A stretch of 64,000 bases of DNA from a virus (Duplodnaviria > Caudoviricetes): the IMG/VR virus record IMGVR_UViG_3300021964_010723; one strand, written 5' to 3'. The notes under the pieces were generated by a model, which did not search any database, had not been told where the DNA came from, and worked only from the letters and a program-made list of their open reading frames with translations. A program made the translations under genes and the position numbers. Shown in pieces: positions 51,546-61,424 of this stretch (the stretch's first letter is position 1; every line of letters begins with the position of its first letter).

Positions 51546-54500
51546 TTAAGTTTTTTCTGTTCCTTGTAGTATATAATTGTATATACCATTTGGGCTTTTT
51601 ACAGTTATCATTAAACGGCCTTCGTCGGAAATTCGCATAACCTTGTCACCGTCTAACAATTGAATTGCTAAAATTTGAGGCACGTTGTACGTCCAACGTT
51701 TATCTAAGTGGCTAACAGGCATTAAGTACGAATTTCGATCGTTTACGAATAGCTTAACATGATTTTGCGCTCCTGTCAAGATAGGATTGTCTTTTATATT
51801 TTTAATTAAATCTTGCTGTACTTCAAAAGCGTAAACATATTTTTTATCTAATTCTGGTAGCGTTATTGGTCGTCTTAAGTCAAATCCTCTAACAACATTT
51901 TGGTCTTGATACTGTGGATTTACTGGAGGCAATGATGGTGGAACAGAGATATTGCCAGCCATATGCCTATGACGTGGGCAATAGTAATAATATGTATTAT
52001 TTTCTGCAACAGTCCAATTTACAGTATCCGAGCCATTACCAAATGACCCTCTTGCATGATATCTTGTTCCTTTTTCTTGTTTAGTTTTTATCCAAAAAGG
52101 ATGTATACTAACAGTCGCTGGATCTACGTTAAATTGAACTTTGTCTCCTATAGCAAAAGTTAGCGAAGGCATTGTTGCACTAAAGGTACCATTTCTATCT
52201 GTGCCTGACATTGTATAAGTGTCGTTCACATGGGATACTGTGATTATGTAATCAGGAGTAAATTCAGGTGACCATGCATTTCTTCCATAGGTGTAATCAT
52301 TTTCTTCATAGTAGTAAGGAGCCCATAAAGTGGAATCCTGTGGTAAAGGTAAATTTATATCATTAAAAATATGGTCATAAGGCGGTGTATTTGGAATAGG
52401 ATCTAAGTCAGGATGATATAGATTTTGTCGTGTATATATAACAGGAGGTTTGCCTATGCCTGTAAAGGGTTGAGCAGAATAACTGCTGAGGACAAATCCA
52501 TTGCCCGTGTCGTGCCTTATAAAAAATTCATTAGGTGTGTCATAAAAATTTACCACTTCTCCGCCTAATGTATCTGTAATTTGTAATCTACGATTATTTA
52601 TTATATTTTTAATATAATATTGTTGGTTTGTAGACAAAGTTGTTGTAGGAATTGCGCTAGCATCATTATAAGATTCAAATTGTATTGGCATATTTAATCT
52701 AAACCAACCTGTATCGTCTACTTCTAATTCATTTGCTTCGTGATAAATCTCAAATTCAAAATTGCTATATGGTACAGGCTTAACAGGGCCACCAATCGTT
52801 TCGGTAATAGTGAATTCCAATCTTACAAAATCTATTTTCATTTCAAATTCAAAATTACTATATGGTAATAGTAACTGTTCACCATTTGGTTCATCTGAAA
52901 GTGTAAAAAATCCGTCTTTATATACTTCTTTTATATAATATTTTTTGTATGGATCAGGTGTAACAGGATCTTGTAGTTCTGCTTCTATCAATGCATTTGC
53001 AGAGTCTGGTAAATTTTCAAAAGAAACCTCAATTCCTGGATATAAAACATCTATAAATCCTTTTTCAATAGGCACGTCTAAAGATAAAATTCCGTCGCTA
53101 TCTACTCCAGTGACTAAAAATTTTTCTTCTCCGTCATAAAATTTTGTTACTTCTTTTATGTAATAAGTTTTTGTAGGATCTAATTCTGCTTGTAATAACG
53201 CATTTGTGGAATCAGGCGGATTCCGAAATTTAACAGGCATGTTAGGTTCTAAATGTTTCCATAATTCTTTGCCATTCGTTTGTACATAGGAAAAATTAAA
53301 GTCAAAAATTTGATATATGTCCAAAACAACTGTCAAAAACAGTTCAAAATTTGTAAAAGGTAAGACATGAATAGGACCTCCCAAGGAGTCAGAAAAGGTA
53401 AAATTATGACAATCTATTATTTCTTTTACATAATATATACTTGTTGGATCTAATCCAGCAGCAACCACAGCGTCTGCACTGTCTGGCGGATTGCTAAAAC
53501 GTATTTGTTTTCCTACTTTTAAAATAGAAGTGTCTTCTATCGTTATGACCAGGTTTTCTTCATCAAGAAATGGTCCTATGAAATAATTCCTAGACGGAAC
53601 TTGTCTATATATAGTATCAGTGTATTCAGCAACTGTTCTTGTTATAGTTTTGAATTCGTCAATAATCCTAGAAATATATGTTCCTTTTATGTTTTTTTCC
53701 CAAGTTATCTTGCCAAAGTTTGGATTATCTTCGCCAAAATAAAATTCTAAATCATGTTCAGGAAATATATTTGATTCTGATACGATACGTGCCAAAAAAC
53801 TGAAATTTGAATAAGGAAGTAATAGTATTGCACCATTTAAGGAATTTGAAATAGTAAAAGATCCGTCGCTGAAAGTTGTTAGAACATAATAAATAGTATC
53901 TGGCAATAATCCAACATTTGATAATGCATTTGATGAATCATCCGTATTGCTGAAAACTAATTGTGTGCCTGGAGATACTAGTAATGTATTACTTAGTAAT
54001 CTATTATTATTATCAACGCCATTGATAATGTTTGTGAATATATTATTTGAATATAAATCAAATGTTACGTAATCTACATATGCAAGTGCCATTTTATCAA
54101 ATCTAGATTTTTGCAATTCAGTAAGATTAAGGCTAAAATTCCACAGACTGTTTTTAAAATCTATCATTTCATGTTGTGACGGAACTACGTTTCTATCTAT
54201 TAATTGCCACTCGTCTTTGAAGGTATCGTCGGGATTATCAAAATTTAATTTATTAGATACAAATTCATTATTTTCATCTATATTGTTAACAGCTATATTA
54301 CTGTCAGTTGGATATTCTTGTAAATTTTCTAAATAATTAAATAGCTTATAAAGATCAAACATGCCAAATTCAGCATTAAAATCAGTTATTTTCTCATCTG
54401 TTCTGGCATCTAAGTATACTATTTTATCTTCAGTAACCCCCTCTATGAAAGTATGATCCTGTATTATTTCAAAACTCGTTGTTAATGAACTAGAAAAATG

Positions 54501-55082
54501 TAAAAAATTATAATGTGAATCTTTTACGGTATTAGGTAAGTGTTGTGATGCGCTAATCCTAATTTTGTTGTCTTCTAGTATCTCATAAACAAAATATTTC
54601 GTTAATAATTGTAAACCTGTTAAGGATACTTTATTACCATAGATAGGAAATTCTTCAAAGACTAGACGCATACCTAAGTCTAACCAACTTGTGTCTTTAA
54701 CTCTCAAATAACTACGATCAAATTTTATATTAAAGCTTCCTGTAGGTGTACTTAAAGGTAATACTTCTCCAGGAAGTTCAGTTTCACCTATATTGAATTT
54801 TACACAGGTTGTATCTCCTACAATATTTTTTACATAATAATATTTTGCAGGATCTATTTCTGTAGATATACCTTCAAATCTAACTTTTATTTTAGATTCT
54901 AGCCACGGAACATTATTAATTGTTGTTACAAGTTGATTGTTTTCTACATCTACCCTTGTAATTGTACCAGTTAGATCTGGTATTATTTCAACAACTTCAC
55001 TTTTTATATGATATAATTTTAAAAAATGAAATAATGTATTATTGTAGGTATATTCTAATATTTCTTGTAATGTTGCTCTCAT
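51546..55082 (-). CDS. Sliding-clamp paralog interrupted by about seven beta-rich repeats and a cupredoxin-like domain
   Basis: Four segments align colinearly by eye with the whole of 50799-51530; inserts carry F..(D)..YYV..S..GG repeats and HPF..YYCPRHRHM. Confidence 0.75.
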   Translation of the reverse strand: MRATLQEILEYTYNNTLFHFLKLYHIKSEVVEIIPDLTGTITRVDVENNQLVTTINNVPWLESKIKVRFEGISTEIDPAKYYYVKNIVGDTTCVKFNIGETELPGEVLPLSTPTGSFNIKFDRSYLRVKDTSWLDLGMRLVFEEFPIYGNKVSLTGLQLLTKYFVYEILEDNKIRISASQHLPNTVKDSHYNFLHFSSSLTTSFEIIQDHTFIEGVTEDKIVYLDARTDEKITDFNAEFGMFDLYKLFNYLENLQEYPTDSNIAVNNIDENNEFVSNKLNFDNPDDTFKDEWQLIDRNVVPSQHEMIDFKNSLWNFSLNLTELQKSRFDKMALAYVDYVTFDLYSNNIFTNIINGVDNNNRLLSNTLLVSPGTQLVFSNTDDSSNALSNVGLLPDTIYYVLTTFSDGSFTISNSLNGAILLLPYSNFSFLARIVSESNIFPEHDLEFYFGEDNPNFGKITWEKNIKGTYISRIIDEFKTITRTVAEYTDTIYRQVPSRNYFIGPFLDEENLVITIEDTSILKVGKQIRFSNPPDSADAVVAAGLDPTSIYYVKEIIDCHNFTFSDSLGGPIHVLPFTNFELFLTVVLDIYQIFDFNFSYVQTNGKELWKHLEPNMPVKFRNPPDSTNALLQAELDPTKTYYIKEVTKFYDGEEKFLVTGVDSDGILSLDVPIEKGFIDVLYPGIEVSFENLPDSANALIEAELQDPVTPDPYKKYYIKEVYKDGFFTLSDEPNGEQLLLPYSNFEFEMKIDFVRLEFTITETIGGPVKPVPYSNFEFEIYHEANELEVDDTGWFRLNMPIQFESYNDASAIPTTTLSTNQQYYIKNIINNRRLQITDTLGGEVVNFYDTPNEFFIRHDTGNGFVLSSYSAQPFTGIGKPPVIYTRQNLYHPDLDPIPNTPPYDHIFNDINLPLPQDSTLWAPYYYEENDYTYGRNAWSPEFTPDYIITVSHVNDTYTMSGTDRNGTFSATMPSLTFAIGDKVQFNVDPATVSIHPFWIKTKQEKGTRYHARGSFGNGSDTVNWTVAENNTYYYYCPRHRHMAGNISVPPSLPPVNPQYQDQNVVRGFDLRRPITLPELDKKYVYAFEVQQDLIKNIKDNPILTGAQNHVKLFVNDRNSYLMPVSHLDKRWTYNVPQILAIQLLDGDKVMRISDEGRLMITVKSPNGIYNYILQGTEKT

Positions 55083-55134
55083 TTTAGCTCCAGGTCATTA
55101 TATACATAGTATTTAACTAAATTTAAATGACTGG

Positions 55135-55689
55135 TTAAGCCGCATTGTCAAATGTTTTAGGCAGGTTGTTTATAATTATTTCAATCTTGTTGTCGTCGTC
55201 TTTTAATTTTATAGATATGTTTTGATGTTCTTCTAAGATTGCTTTGTGTTCTACTCCGTCTTGTTTAATAGTAATTTCTTTAGCTTGAGACATTTTGTTA
55301 AGTTCAACGCCACCAAATATTGCATTATGTAAATCCATATAACCACAATCCATGCCAACGCCATACATGCTCATGTCAAATCCAAATACTTGATATAGGA
55401 CGTATCTATAGCTTCCGTTTTTTATATAGTCACCTTTATGTATACGTTTACAAACAGCATAAAAAGCTTTTTCTCTTTCTTCTTCAGACAGCTTGTCCCA
55501 CCATTCGTTATTGTCTGCTTCGTATTGTTCTGTTGCTTCTTTGTATGCTTTTTGTGCAGCTATAAATTCAGGAGAGTTAATACTATCTAATAGTCTTTTC
55601 TTTTTAAGTTCTACTGCATGTCCATTATAAGACTCTTCCCAGTTAGAGGCTATTTCTTTTAATTTTTTAGTAGTTTCTTCGTCTGTCAT
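55135..55689 (-). CDS. Hypothetical protein
   Basis: 184 aa directly downstream of DNA polymerase. Confidence 0.75.
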   Translation of the reverse strand: MTDEETTKKLKEIASNWEESYNGHAVELKKKRLLDSINSPEFIAAQKAYKEATEQYEADNNEWWDKLSEEEREKAFYAVCKRIHKGDYIKNGSYRYVLYQVFGFDMSMYGVGMDCGYMDLHNAIFGGVELNKMSQAKEITIKQDGVEHKAILEEHQNISIKLKDDDNKIEIIINNLPKTFDNAA

Positions 55690-55692
55690 TAT

Positions 55693-58362
55693 TTAATCCC
55701 ATTCAAACAAATTATTAAAATTATTTTCCTGTTTTGTTTCGTCTAAATTATAATTTAGCACACCAATAAGGTTGTCTAATTTTTTGTCAATAATTGCTTC
55801 CTCCATGCCGTCGCTATCAAAAGGAAGTTTTTTAAACCAATCAGGTAATCTAAGCTCATCGACAGGATATGCAACACTTGTATAACCTATTGGATTAGGT
55901 TTTAATTTACAAACGATAACTTTCATGCCGTCTACAATATCCATACTATATCTATCATTATTAATATGCTTTAAGGAATTCCAATTTAAACTTGCTCTTA
56001 CATGTCCTGGTAAATTAGCTTTGCCTTTAGATTCTTCTAGTCTTTGATAGTGTCCTATCTTATTAGCACGTTTAGGAGATCCTTTTTCCCAACCTGGACG
56101 GCTTTTAAAATCTGTGCGAAATTCTGTAATTCTGTCTATTATTTCAGACTCTGGTGCTTCTTTTAGCACCATCATTAAAATTTCAGACAAAAATTCTTGC
56201 ATAAAAACTGGAGTATCTGATCTACGCAAATCAAGACCCATTGCTTTTACTTTACCTGGTTTGTCATCAACATCTTTTCGTTCACCTTCTAAATCATAAA
56301 CTAAAGCTGCATAACGTTTTTTTGTTATGTAAAGTCCTGATTCTGCTACGATTTCTCTACCTGCTGCAATTACAGCAGATCTACTAGCAGGGCAATGGAA
56401 TGCTCTTAGCATAAAATCTTTAAAAGTGGTGTTGGCTTCTTCTGCTACTTGGTCATAGAGTCTAATTACTGCTTCTTTTGACCAAGGAATAGTTCCATTA
56501 TCTATTTCTGTTTTTAAAACAGGATATGCACTGAAATAAACTGAATCTGTGTCTCCATATATTACTGCTTTGCCAACGTGATTGTATTCACCTGTTATAA
56601 CTTTATTAACTTCGGCACTCATGTGTTTTACTATTTGTCTACCAGTTAGTGTAGTTGACTGGCCAATACGTTTGTCAAAAAATCGACAACCTGGATTTAA
56701 GATTGCACCATACAATGAATTTAAGTTAATCTTTTTTACAAGTTGGCGTTTATCCCAAAATGCAATCTCAAGTTGATTATCAGCTTCAATTGCTTTCTTT
56801 TTCATAGCTTGCAGATCTTTACGTTCTGCATACCAACGTTTCAATATTCCTGGAATAACTCCTTCAAATTCAGTTGTAAATATTGTACCGTTAGCACTTA
56901 ACATCCAAGGCATGCCGCTATCAAATATTAGCTTATAAACTTCTGCGCCGCTTAGTGTCTCTGATCGACCGTCTTCAAAGTCTAATGTAAGTACAGTATC
57001 TTTTCGTTGATCTAATACTGCTTGATATTCTTCTGTACCAAAGCGTCCTTCCCAAGCTCCTGCAAATGATTTCTTTTCTAAGGTTATTGCTTCATTAATT
57101 ATGCTGTCTGTTATTTCAGGACGTAATTGTCCTACAATTGTTTCTGGTGCCATATTTAATGCACGAATAACACTTGGATATAGACTGTTTAAGTCCATAC
57201 TTCCGATCCATTTGTGTACACCTTTTTTTGGAAATGCAACATACGCACCAGCAGCAGCAGTGTTTTCATCATCTCTTTTTGGACGATTAGGTACTCTCAT
57301 GCCTCTTTCATGTGCTTCATTTATTATAGCTTGTTCTGTCACTGCAACTGCACCCATTGTGGTTTGTAATAATACAGTATTAGCATGGGCAAGTTCGTTG
57401 CTTAGATCAATAAATTTTAGTTTTTTGTCTAACTTATCTAGCAGTGCAACGTCTTGCCGGTTGTATTCAATAAATGTTTTAAAATCGTTGTTGTATAACT
57501 GGTCAAGTGTACCTTCGTAAACAGTTTTACGCTCGCCTACTTCCATTTCGCCAATTGCATCTAGTCTATAGCTATGTCGTTCTTCGTATGTGTACTTCCT
57601 ATATAGTTCAAGACTGTCTAAATGCACACGGCCAACAAGATCAAACGTTTCAGCTTTTTTGCCAAACTTTTCATATTCTCTTTTCTTAGGCAATTGCTTC
57701 CACAAGCAAAAGCGTCTTGTATCATCCTTGCTTAGTATTCTGCTTACACGATTAACAGTATACGGAATATCATATCCTTCTGAGTTCCAACCACTTAATA
57801 CGTCAGCATCTTCTATAAGATCAAGGAATGTTTCAAGCATTTCTCCTTCATCTGTAAAAAGTAATACATCATCACCCCATTCTGAAACTTCATGCTTTGC
57901 TTGTTCTAATGAAAGTGTTTTAGGAGGAAGGGCTAGTGTAATAAGAACATCTAACCATTGTAGATTTACAGTAATTGCTGTAATTGGCATGAAAGGATCT
58001 GCTGGATCAGCAAATCCTCTATCAGGATCAAAATCTGTTTCAATATCAAAAAACGCAATATTTAACTTAGGAGCGTCCTGATTGAGATAATTTTCACTTA
58101 GGCATTGGAAAATAGGATTTACGTCACTTTCAAATAAAGTTTTGTCTCTATTAATTGCTATTTCTTTACGAAAATCTTTTGTGTTTTTACAGATAATTTT
58201 TGAAAGAGGATCACCGTAGATACTTAGATGTTTTCCTTTAGGATCTTTGTAATAAAAAGTATATTTAACTGGAAATTCTAGGAAGTGTTTTTTACCTTCT
58301 TTTCGTTCAACAACTCTGATAATGTCTTCGTTTCTGTCAAAAATTGCGTCTACGTAACTCAT
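55693..58362 (-). CDS. Family B DNA polymerase (T4 gp43-like) with 3'-5' exonuclease
   Basis: DIETD, GWNSEGYD, YNRQD; DLNSLYPS, KINLNSLYG, YGDTDS, KKRY; no intein. Confidence 0.97.
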   Translation of the reverse strand: MSYVDAIFDRNEDIIRVVERKEGKKHFLEFPVKYTFYYKDPKGKHLSIYGDPLSKIICKNTKDFRKEIAINRDKTLFESDVNPIFQCLSENYLNQDAPKLNIAFFDIETDFDPDRGFADPADPFMPITAITVNLQWLDVLITLALPPKTLSLEQAKHEVSEWGDDVLLFTDEGEMLETFLDLIEDADVLSGWNSEGYDIPYTVNRVSRILSKDDTRRFCLWKQLPKKREYEKFGKKAETFDLVGRVHLDSLELYRKYTYEERHSYRLDAIGEMEVGERKTVYEGTLDQLYNNDFKTFIEYNRQDVALLDKLDKKLKFIDLSNELAHANTVLLQTTMGAVAVTEQAIINEAHERGMRVPNRPKRDDENTAAAGAYVAFPKKGVHKWIGSMDLNSLYPSVIRALNMAPETIVGQLRPEITDSIINEAITLEKKSFAGAWEGRFGTEEYQAVLDQRKDTVLTLDFEDGRSETLSGAEVYKLIFDSGMPWMLSANGTIFTTEFEGVIPGILKRWYAERKDLQAMKKKAIEADNQLEIAFWDKRQLVKKINLNSLYGAILNPGCRFFDKRIGQSTTLTGRQIVKHMSAEVNKVITGEYNHVGKAVIYGDTDSVYFSAYPVLKTEIDNGTIPWSKEAVIRLYDQVAEEANTTFKDFMLRAFHCPASRSAVIAAGREIVAESGLYITKKRYAALVYDLEGERKDVDDKPGKVKAMGLDLRRSDTPVFMQEFLSEILMMVLKEAPESEIIDRITEFRTDFKSRPGWEKGSPKRANKIGHYQRLEESKGKANLPGHVRASLNWNSLKHINNDRYSMDIVDGMKVIVCKLKPNPIGYTSVAYPVDELRLPDWFKKLPFDSDGMEEAIIDKKLDNLIGVLNYNLDETKQENNFNNLFEWD

Positions 58363-58428
58363 TGTGTCTTTCTCGTTATTTTGTGGCTAACGTACCATCT
58401 ACATGCGTAATGCGTAAAAGTTTATTTA

Positions 58429-58716
58429 TCAATACCACCCCATTGCACGACCAAAACCAAAAACATGTAAACATGCAAAGTAAATTGTCATAACTAATGG
58501 CCATCCTACACCTCTCCTAACAAATGCAATAATACTAAATACTGCACCTGTAAAGCTTACAGGATAGATTAAATGCATAGGAGGATGTTGTGCTGTTACA
58601 GATATCCACGTCATACTAGTGAAAACACAAATACTAGCTATAGTTTCAAAATAAAATGCAGTTCTGTCGCTAGTATAACTCCTAATCCAAAAATCTTTTA
58701 TTTTTTGCCATAACAT
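58429..58716 (-). CDS. Small membrane protein
   Basis: Three hydrophobic segments in 95 aa. Confidence 0.7.
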   Translation of the reverse strand: MLWQKIKDFWIRSYTSDRTAFYFETIASICVFTSMTWISVTAQHPPMHLIYPVSFTGAVFSIIAFVRRGVGWPLVMTIYFACLHVFGFGRAMGWY

Positions 58717-58976
58717 CAGTGATCCTTACCTACTGTAGCGATTAAAGTTTCTAAATCTTCAAATTCGTCAGCAACACGATGCCAATCTGCTTTATGAGCA
58801 ATTTTTATTGCTTTGTTAATTAAACTTGGCTTTACATTAAGCTCCTCTGCAACAGCCTTTACAGTGTCTTTTAAGCCTTCGTTTAAATCCTGTATTTCTT
58901 GTAATACAGTGCATCCTTCATTAACTAGTCTTTCTAATTTTGCTTTTTCATCAATACCATAGACTCTATCGCTCAT
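58716..58976 (-). CDS. T4 DsbA-like dsDNA-binding protein
   Basis: LKDTVKAVAEELNVKPSLINKAIKIAHK pattern; 86 aa. Confidence 0.6.
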   Translation of the reverse strand: MSDRVYGIDEKAKLERLVNEGCTVLQEIQDLNEGLKDTVKAVAEELNVKPSLINKAIKIAHKADWHRVADEFEDLETLIATVGKDH

Positions 58977-59622
58977 TGTTACTCCTTAAAAGTGTCAAAA
59001 TATAATTGTAGAATTTTTTATGATGGTCTTCATCCATATGGTTGGGTCTATTATCTATGTCTATATCAACCTTATTATACTGTATCAAGGCATCTTTGTA
59101 AACTAAAAAATTTTCTGATTTTGTAAAATCAAATAAATTTTGTGTAACATTATCAAAACAAGGTAAAACTATTGTTTTTTTGTAATCTTTAGTCAAATAT
59201 TTTAATAATAATATTATTTTAATAATTTCAGTTTCTAAATATGTAGAATTGTAAATATAATCTTTTAAAAATTTTTCTATAAAAAGTTTAAATCTCAAGT
59301 ACTTATTTGTAATTTCTTGTAATTTAGTAGGTATTTTAGGTTGTAAAATATGGTTAACTACAATTTGATGTTCTGGTTTGAAAAATGCAAAATTAAATCT
59401 TGTAATACTACTTAAACAAAAAATTATTGAGGTTTTATCTTTATTATGAATACGGTTATTTATTTTTAAAAATTGCTGTAAAGCAAAATCAGGTCCTGTG
59501 CCTGATACTGCAAAATTTTGTGTAATAAAATTTTTACTTAAACGGTTTGGCCATGTGTATTCAAATTGTTTTCTGTCATGCGAAACTGCGAAACTATCAC
59601 CAAATATTAATAAGCGTTGCAT
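58966..59622 (-). CDS. SGNH/GDSL-like hydrolase-fold protein
   Basis: IFGDSF, AVSGTG, RPNHM. Confidence 0.6.
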   Translation of the reverse strand: MQRLLIFGDSFAVSHDRKQFEYTWPNRLSKNFITQNFAVSGTGPDFALQQFLKINNRIHNKDKTSIIFCLSSITRFNFAFFKPEHQIVVNHILQPKIPTKLQEITNKYLRFKLFIEKFLKDYIYNSTYLETEIIKIILLLKYLTKDYKKTIVLPCFDNVTQNLFDFTKSENFLVYKDALIQYNKVDIDIDNRPNHMDEDHHKKFYNYILTLLRSNNER

Positions 59623-59634
59623 ATATTAATTTTG

Positions 59635-60270
59635 TTATTCTGATTTCCAATAGTACTCGTCGGTGTCTCCAAGCCTGTATGAATAACCATTTTCAACTTG
59701 GTAAAATTGTGTGCTTACTTTGAAATCAGGATTTTTTGGTTGCTTAGGGGTTAAGCTATTGTCGTATACTCGCATCCTATTGTTCGGATAGGCTGCATAT
59801 TGTCCATTATCTAATTCTAGAATATTAAAACTTTTGTGTTCTTCCGGTATTTCACTAGTGCTGTAATCTATTTCGTCTGCACTTTCGTGATAATTGTCTA
59901 GTGTAAATAGATACGTTCCGTGCATTACTTTATGGCTACGGGTAAGTATTTCAAAATCCATACTACCTATAAATTGTTTATATATAGCAGTTACACCATA
60001 ATCCATCGCATTCCAAAACTGTAAGTCTTGTAATGGTAAATCTGGATCTGGTTTGTTTGGTTCATTTACAAATGCACTGATAGGAAGTTTGTCATATAGT
60101 GCTGCATATTCGGGGAGATAAGTTTCGAAGTAGAAAGCTCTACCGGGCATACTTTTTACGGTCACCCAGTGACCTTCTACAAATTCTCCATGTCCACCTT
60201 TAAAATCCATTAGATATTCTTTGCGGACATAGACTTTAGTGTTGGGTAGGTTTGCTAATAAAGCACTCAT
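59635..60270 (-). CDS. Hypothetical protein
   Basis: 211 aa, aromatic-rich, coupled to upstream gene. Confidence 0.75.
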   Translation of the reverse strand: MSALLANLPNTKVYVRKEYLMDFKGGHGEFVEGHWVTVKSMPGRAFYFETYLPEYAALYDKLPISAFVNEPNKPDPDLPLQDLQFWNAMDYGVTAIYKQFIGSMDFEILTRSHKVMHGTYLFTLDNYHESADEIDYSTSEIPEEHKSFNILELDNGQYAAYPNNRMRVYDNSLTPKQPKNPDFKVSTQFYQVENGYSYRLGDTDEYYWKSE

Positions 60271-60725
60271 TTAGGAACACAATTAGGAACTTCTTTGCCG
60301 TTCTTCTTTTTCGTTCCTACCATTTTGTAGTTTTTCCAGCAAGGATCACTGTCTGCTTCGTCTACTTCTTTCTCTTTAGATTTTTCTTGTAGATTTTTAG
60401 TTAAATGTCTTGCAAGACTGCCTTTGTACGCACTTTCAAACGGCATTTCTACTTCCATGTCACTAGGCTCGTTCTTTTTCTCAAAGTTCATTTTATAATC
60501 TAAATTATGATAAACATTGCCTAAACCTTCAGCAGCTTTTGTAATCTTAGCTTGTACCCAGCCTTCTAAACCTTCTTGCTCGCTGACACCTTTGAGCATT
60601 TCGTGTAGCTTTATTGCATACTTTGCAATTTTATACAGATCTGATCTAGCCATTTGTACTTCATGATCTAGCTCTGCTGCATGGGCTAAGTCCCCTAAAC
60701 CTTCTTTAAATTCTTCTTTTCTCAT
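60267..60725 (-). CDS. Hypothetical protein with C-terminal DPCWK..NCV module (candidate head protein)
   Basis: GGAG RBS, ATAAATA upstream at 60749-60755. Confidence 0.7.
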   Translation of the reverse strand: MRKEEFKEGLGDLAHAAELDHEVQMARSDLYKIAKYAIKLHEMLKGVSEQEGLEGWVQAKITKAAEGLGNVYHNLDYKMNFEKKNEPSDMEVEMPFESAYKGSLARHLTKNLQEKSKEKEVDEADSDPCWKNYKMVGTKKKNGKEVPNCVPK

Positions 60726-60751
60726 GAGTTCTCCAAATATATTTTGTATAT

Positions 60752-60964
60752 TTATCTCTTTATAACGCCGCCCATTAGATTGATATCAGTATCAATAGCA
60801 TTTTTAGCAGTACCGTCTGGATTTGTAGCTTGTGGTGCTTTTGGCAATCCGTTTTTTCCTTTTTTAATTTTTCTATATGCTGCAGGGACACTTGTAACTG
60901 TTGCAATATTCCCTGCTGCAGTTGCACCTGCTGTTGCTGATTCTAATATTTCACTTACAATCAT
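60752..60964 (-). CDS. Small hypothetical protein (candidate head protein)
   Basis: MIVSEILE N-terminus; Ala/Thr/Gly-rich. Confidence 0.65.
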   Translation of the reverse strand: MIVSEILESATAGATAAGNIATVTSVPAAYRKIKKGKNGLPKAPQATNPDGTAKNAIDTDINLMGGVIKR

Positions 60965-61212
60965 TTTAGAAAGTCGCCTTTCATTCTACCTAATTTTCTT
61001 TGTGGTTTCCTTGTTTGAGGAGGATATTGGTCTTTTTGTCTACTGTAGTATGCATCTTCAGCTGATTTATCTATATAATCGATTGTTTTTTGCTGAGCAA
61101 TATTAAATGCTGCTTGCTTTACTTGATCAGCTGTAATATTTTGTGCAGCTCTACCAAAATTAATTGCTTTTATAATATCTTTCAAGGATAAATCAATCTC
61201 ATTTAATTTCAT
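60961..61212 (-). CDS. Small hypothetical protein
   Basis: MKLNEI N-terminus; ATGA coupling. Confidence 0.65.
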   Translation of the reverse strand: MKLNEIDLSLKDIIKAINFGRAAQNITADQVKQAAFNIAQQKTIDYIDKSAEDAYYSRQKDQYPPQTRKPQRKLGRMKGDFLK

Positions 61213-61424
61213 TTTTTCCTTCCTCTAAATTGCACAGGGCCAGTCATGTAAGGTTGACTAAACCAAAGTTTGAACCAATCTTGATCTCCGGGTTTTAATC
61301 CCATTTCCTTTTCTTTTTTCTTTAATGCAGTTGCAGTTTCACTAGGATTTTCATCTATCTTATATTCTGTATATCCTGTAAATTCTGTTATGCCTGCTAG
61401 TTTTTTAAGCTCGTCTAAATTCAT
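61209..61424 (-). CDS. Small hypothetical protein
   Basis: MNLDELKKLAGI N-terminus; ATGA coupling. Confidence 0.65.
   Translation of the reverse strand: MNLDELKKLAGITEFTGYTEYKIDENPSETATALKKKEKEMGLKPGDQDWFKLWFSQPYMTGPVQFRGRKK

Noticed and set aside
55693-58362. Intein or intron in DNA polymerase
   Set aside because: All family B motifs are contiguous in 889 aa with no splicing or homing-endonuclease motifs.
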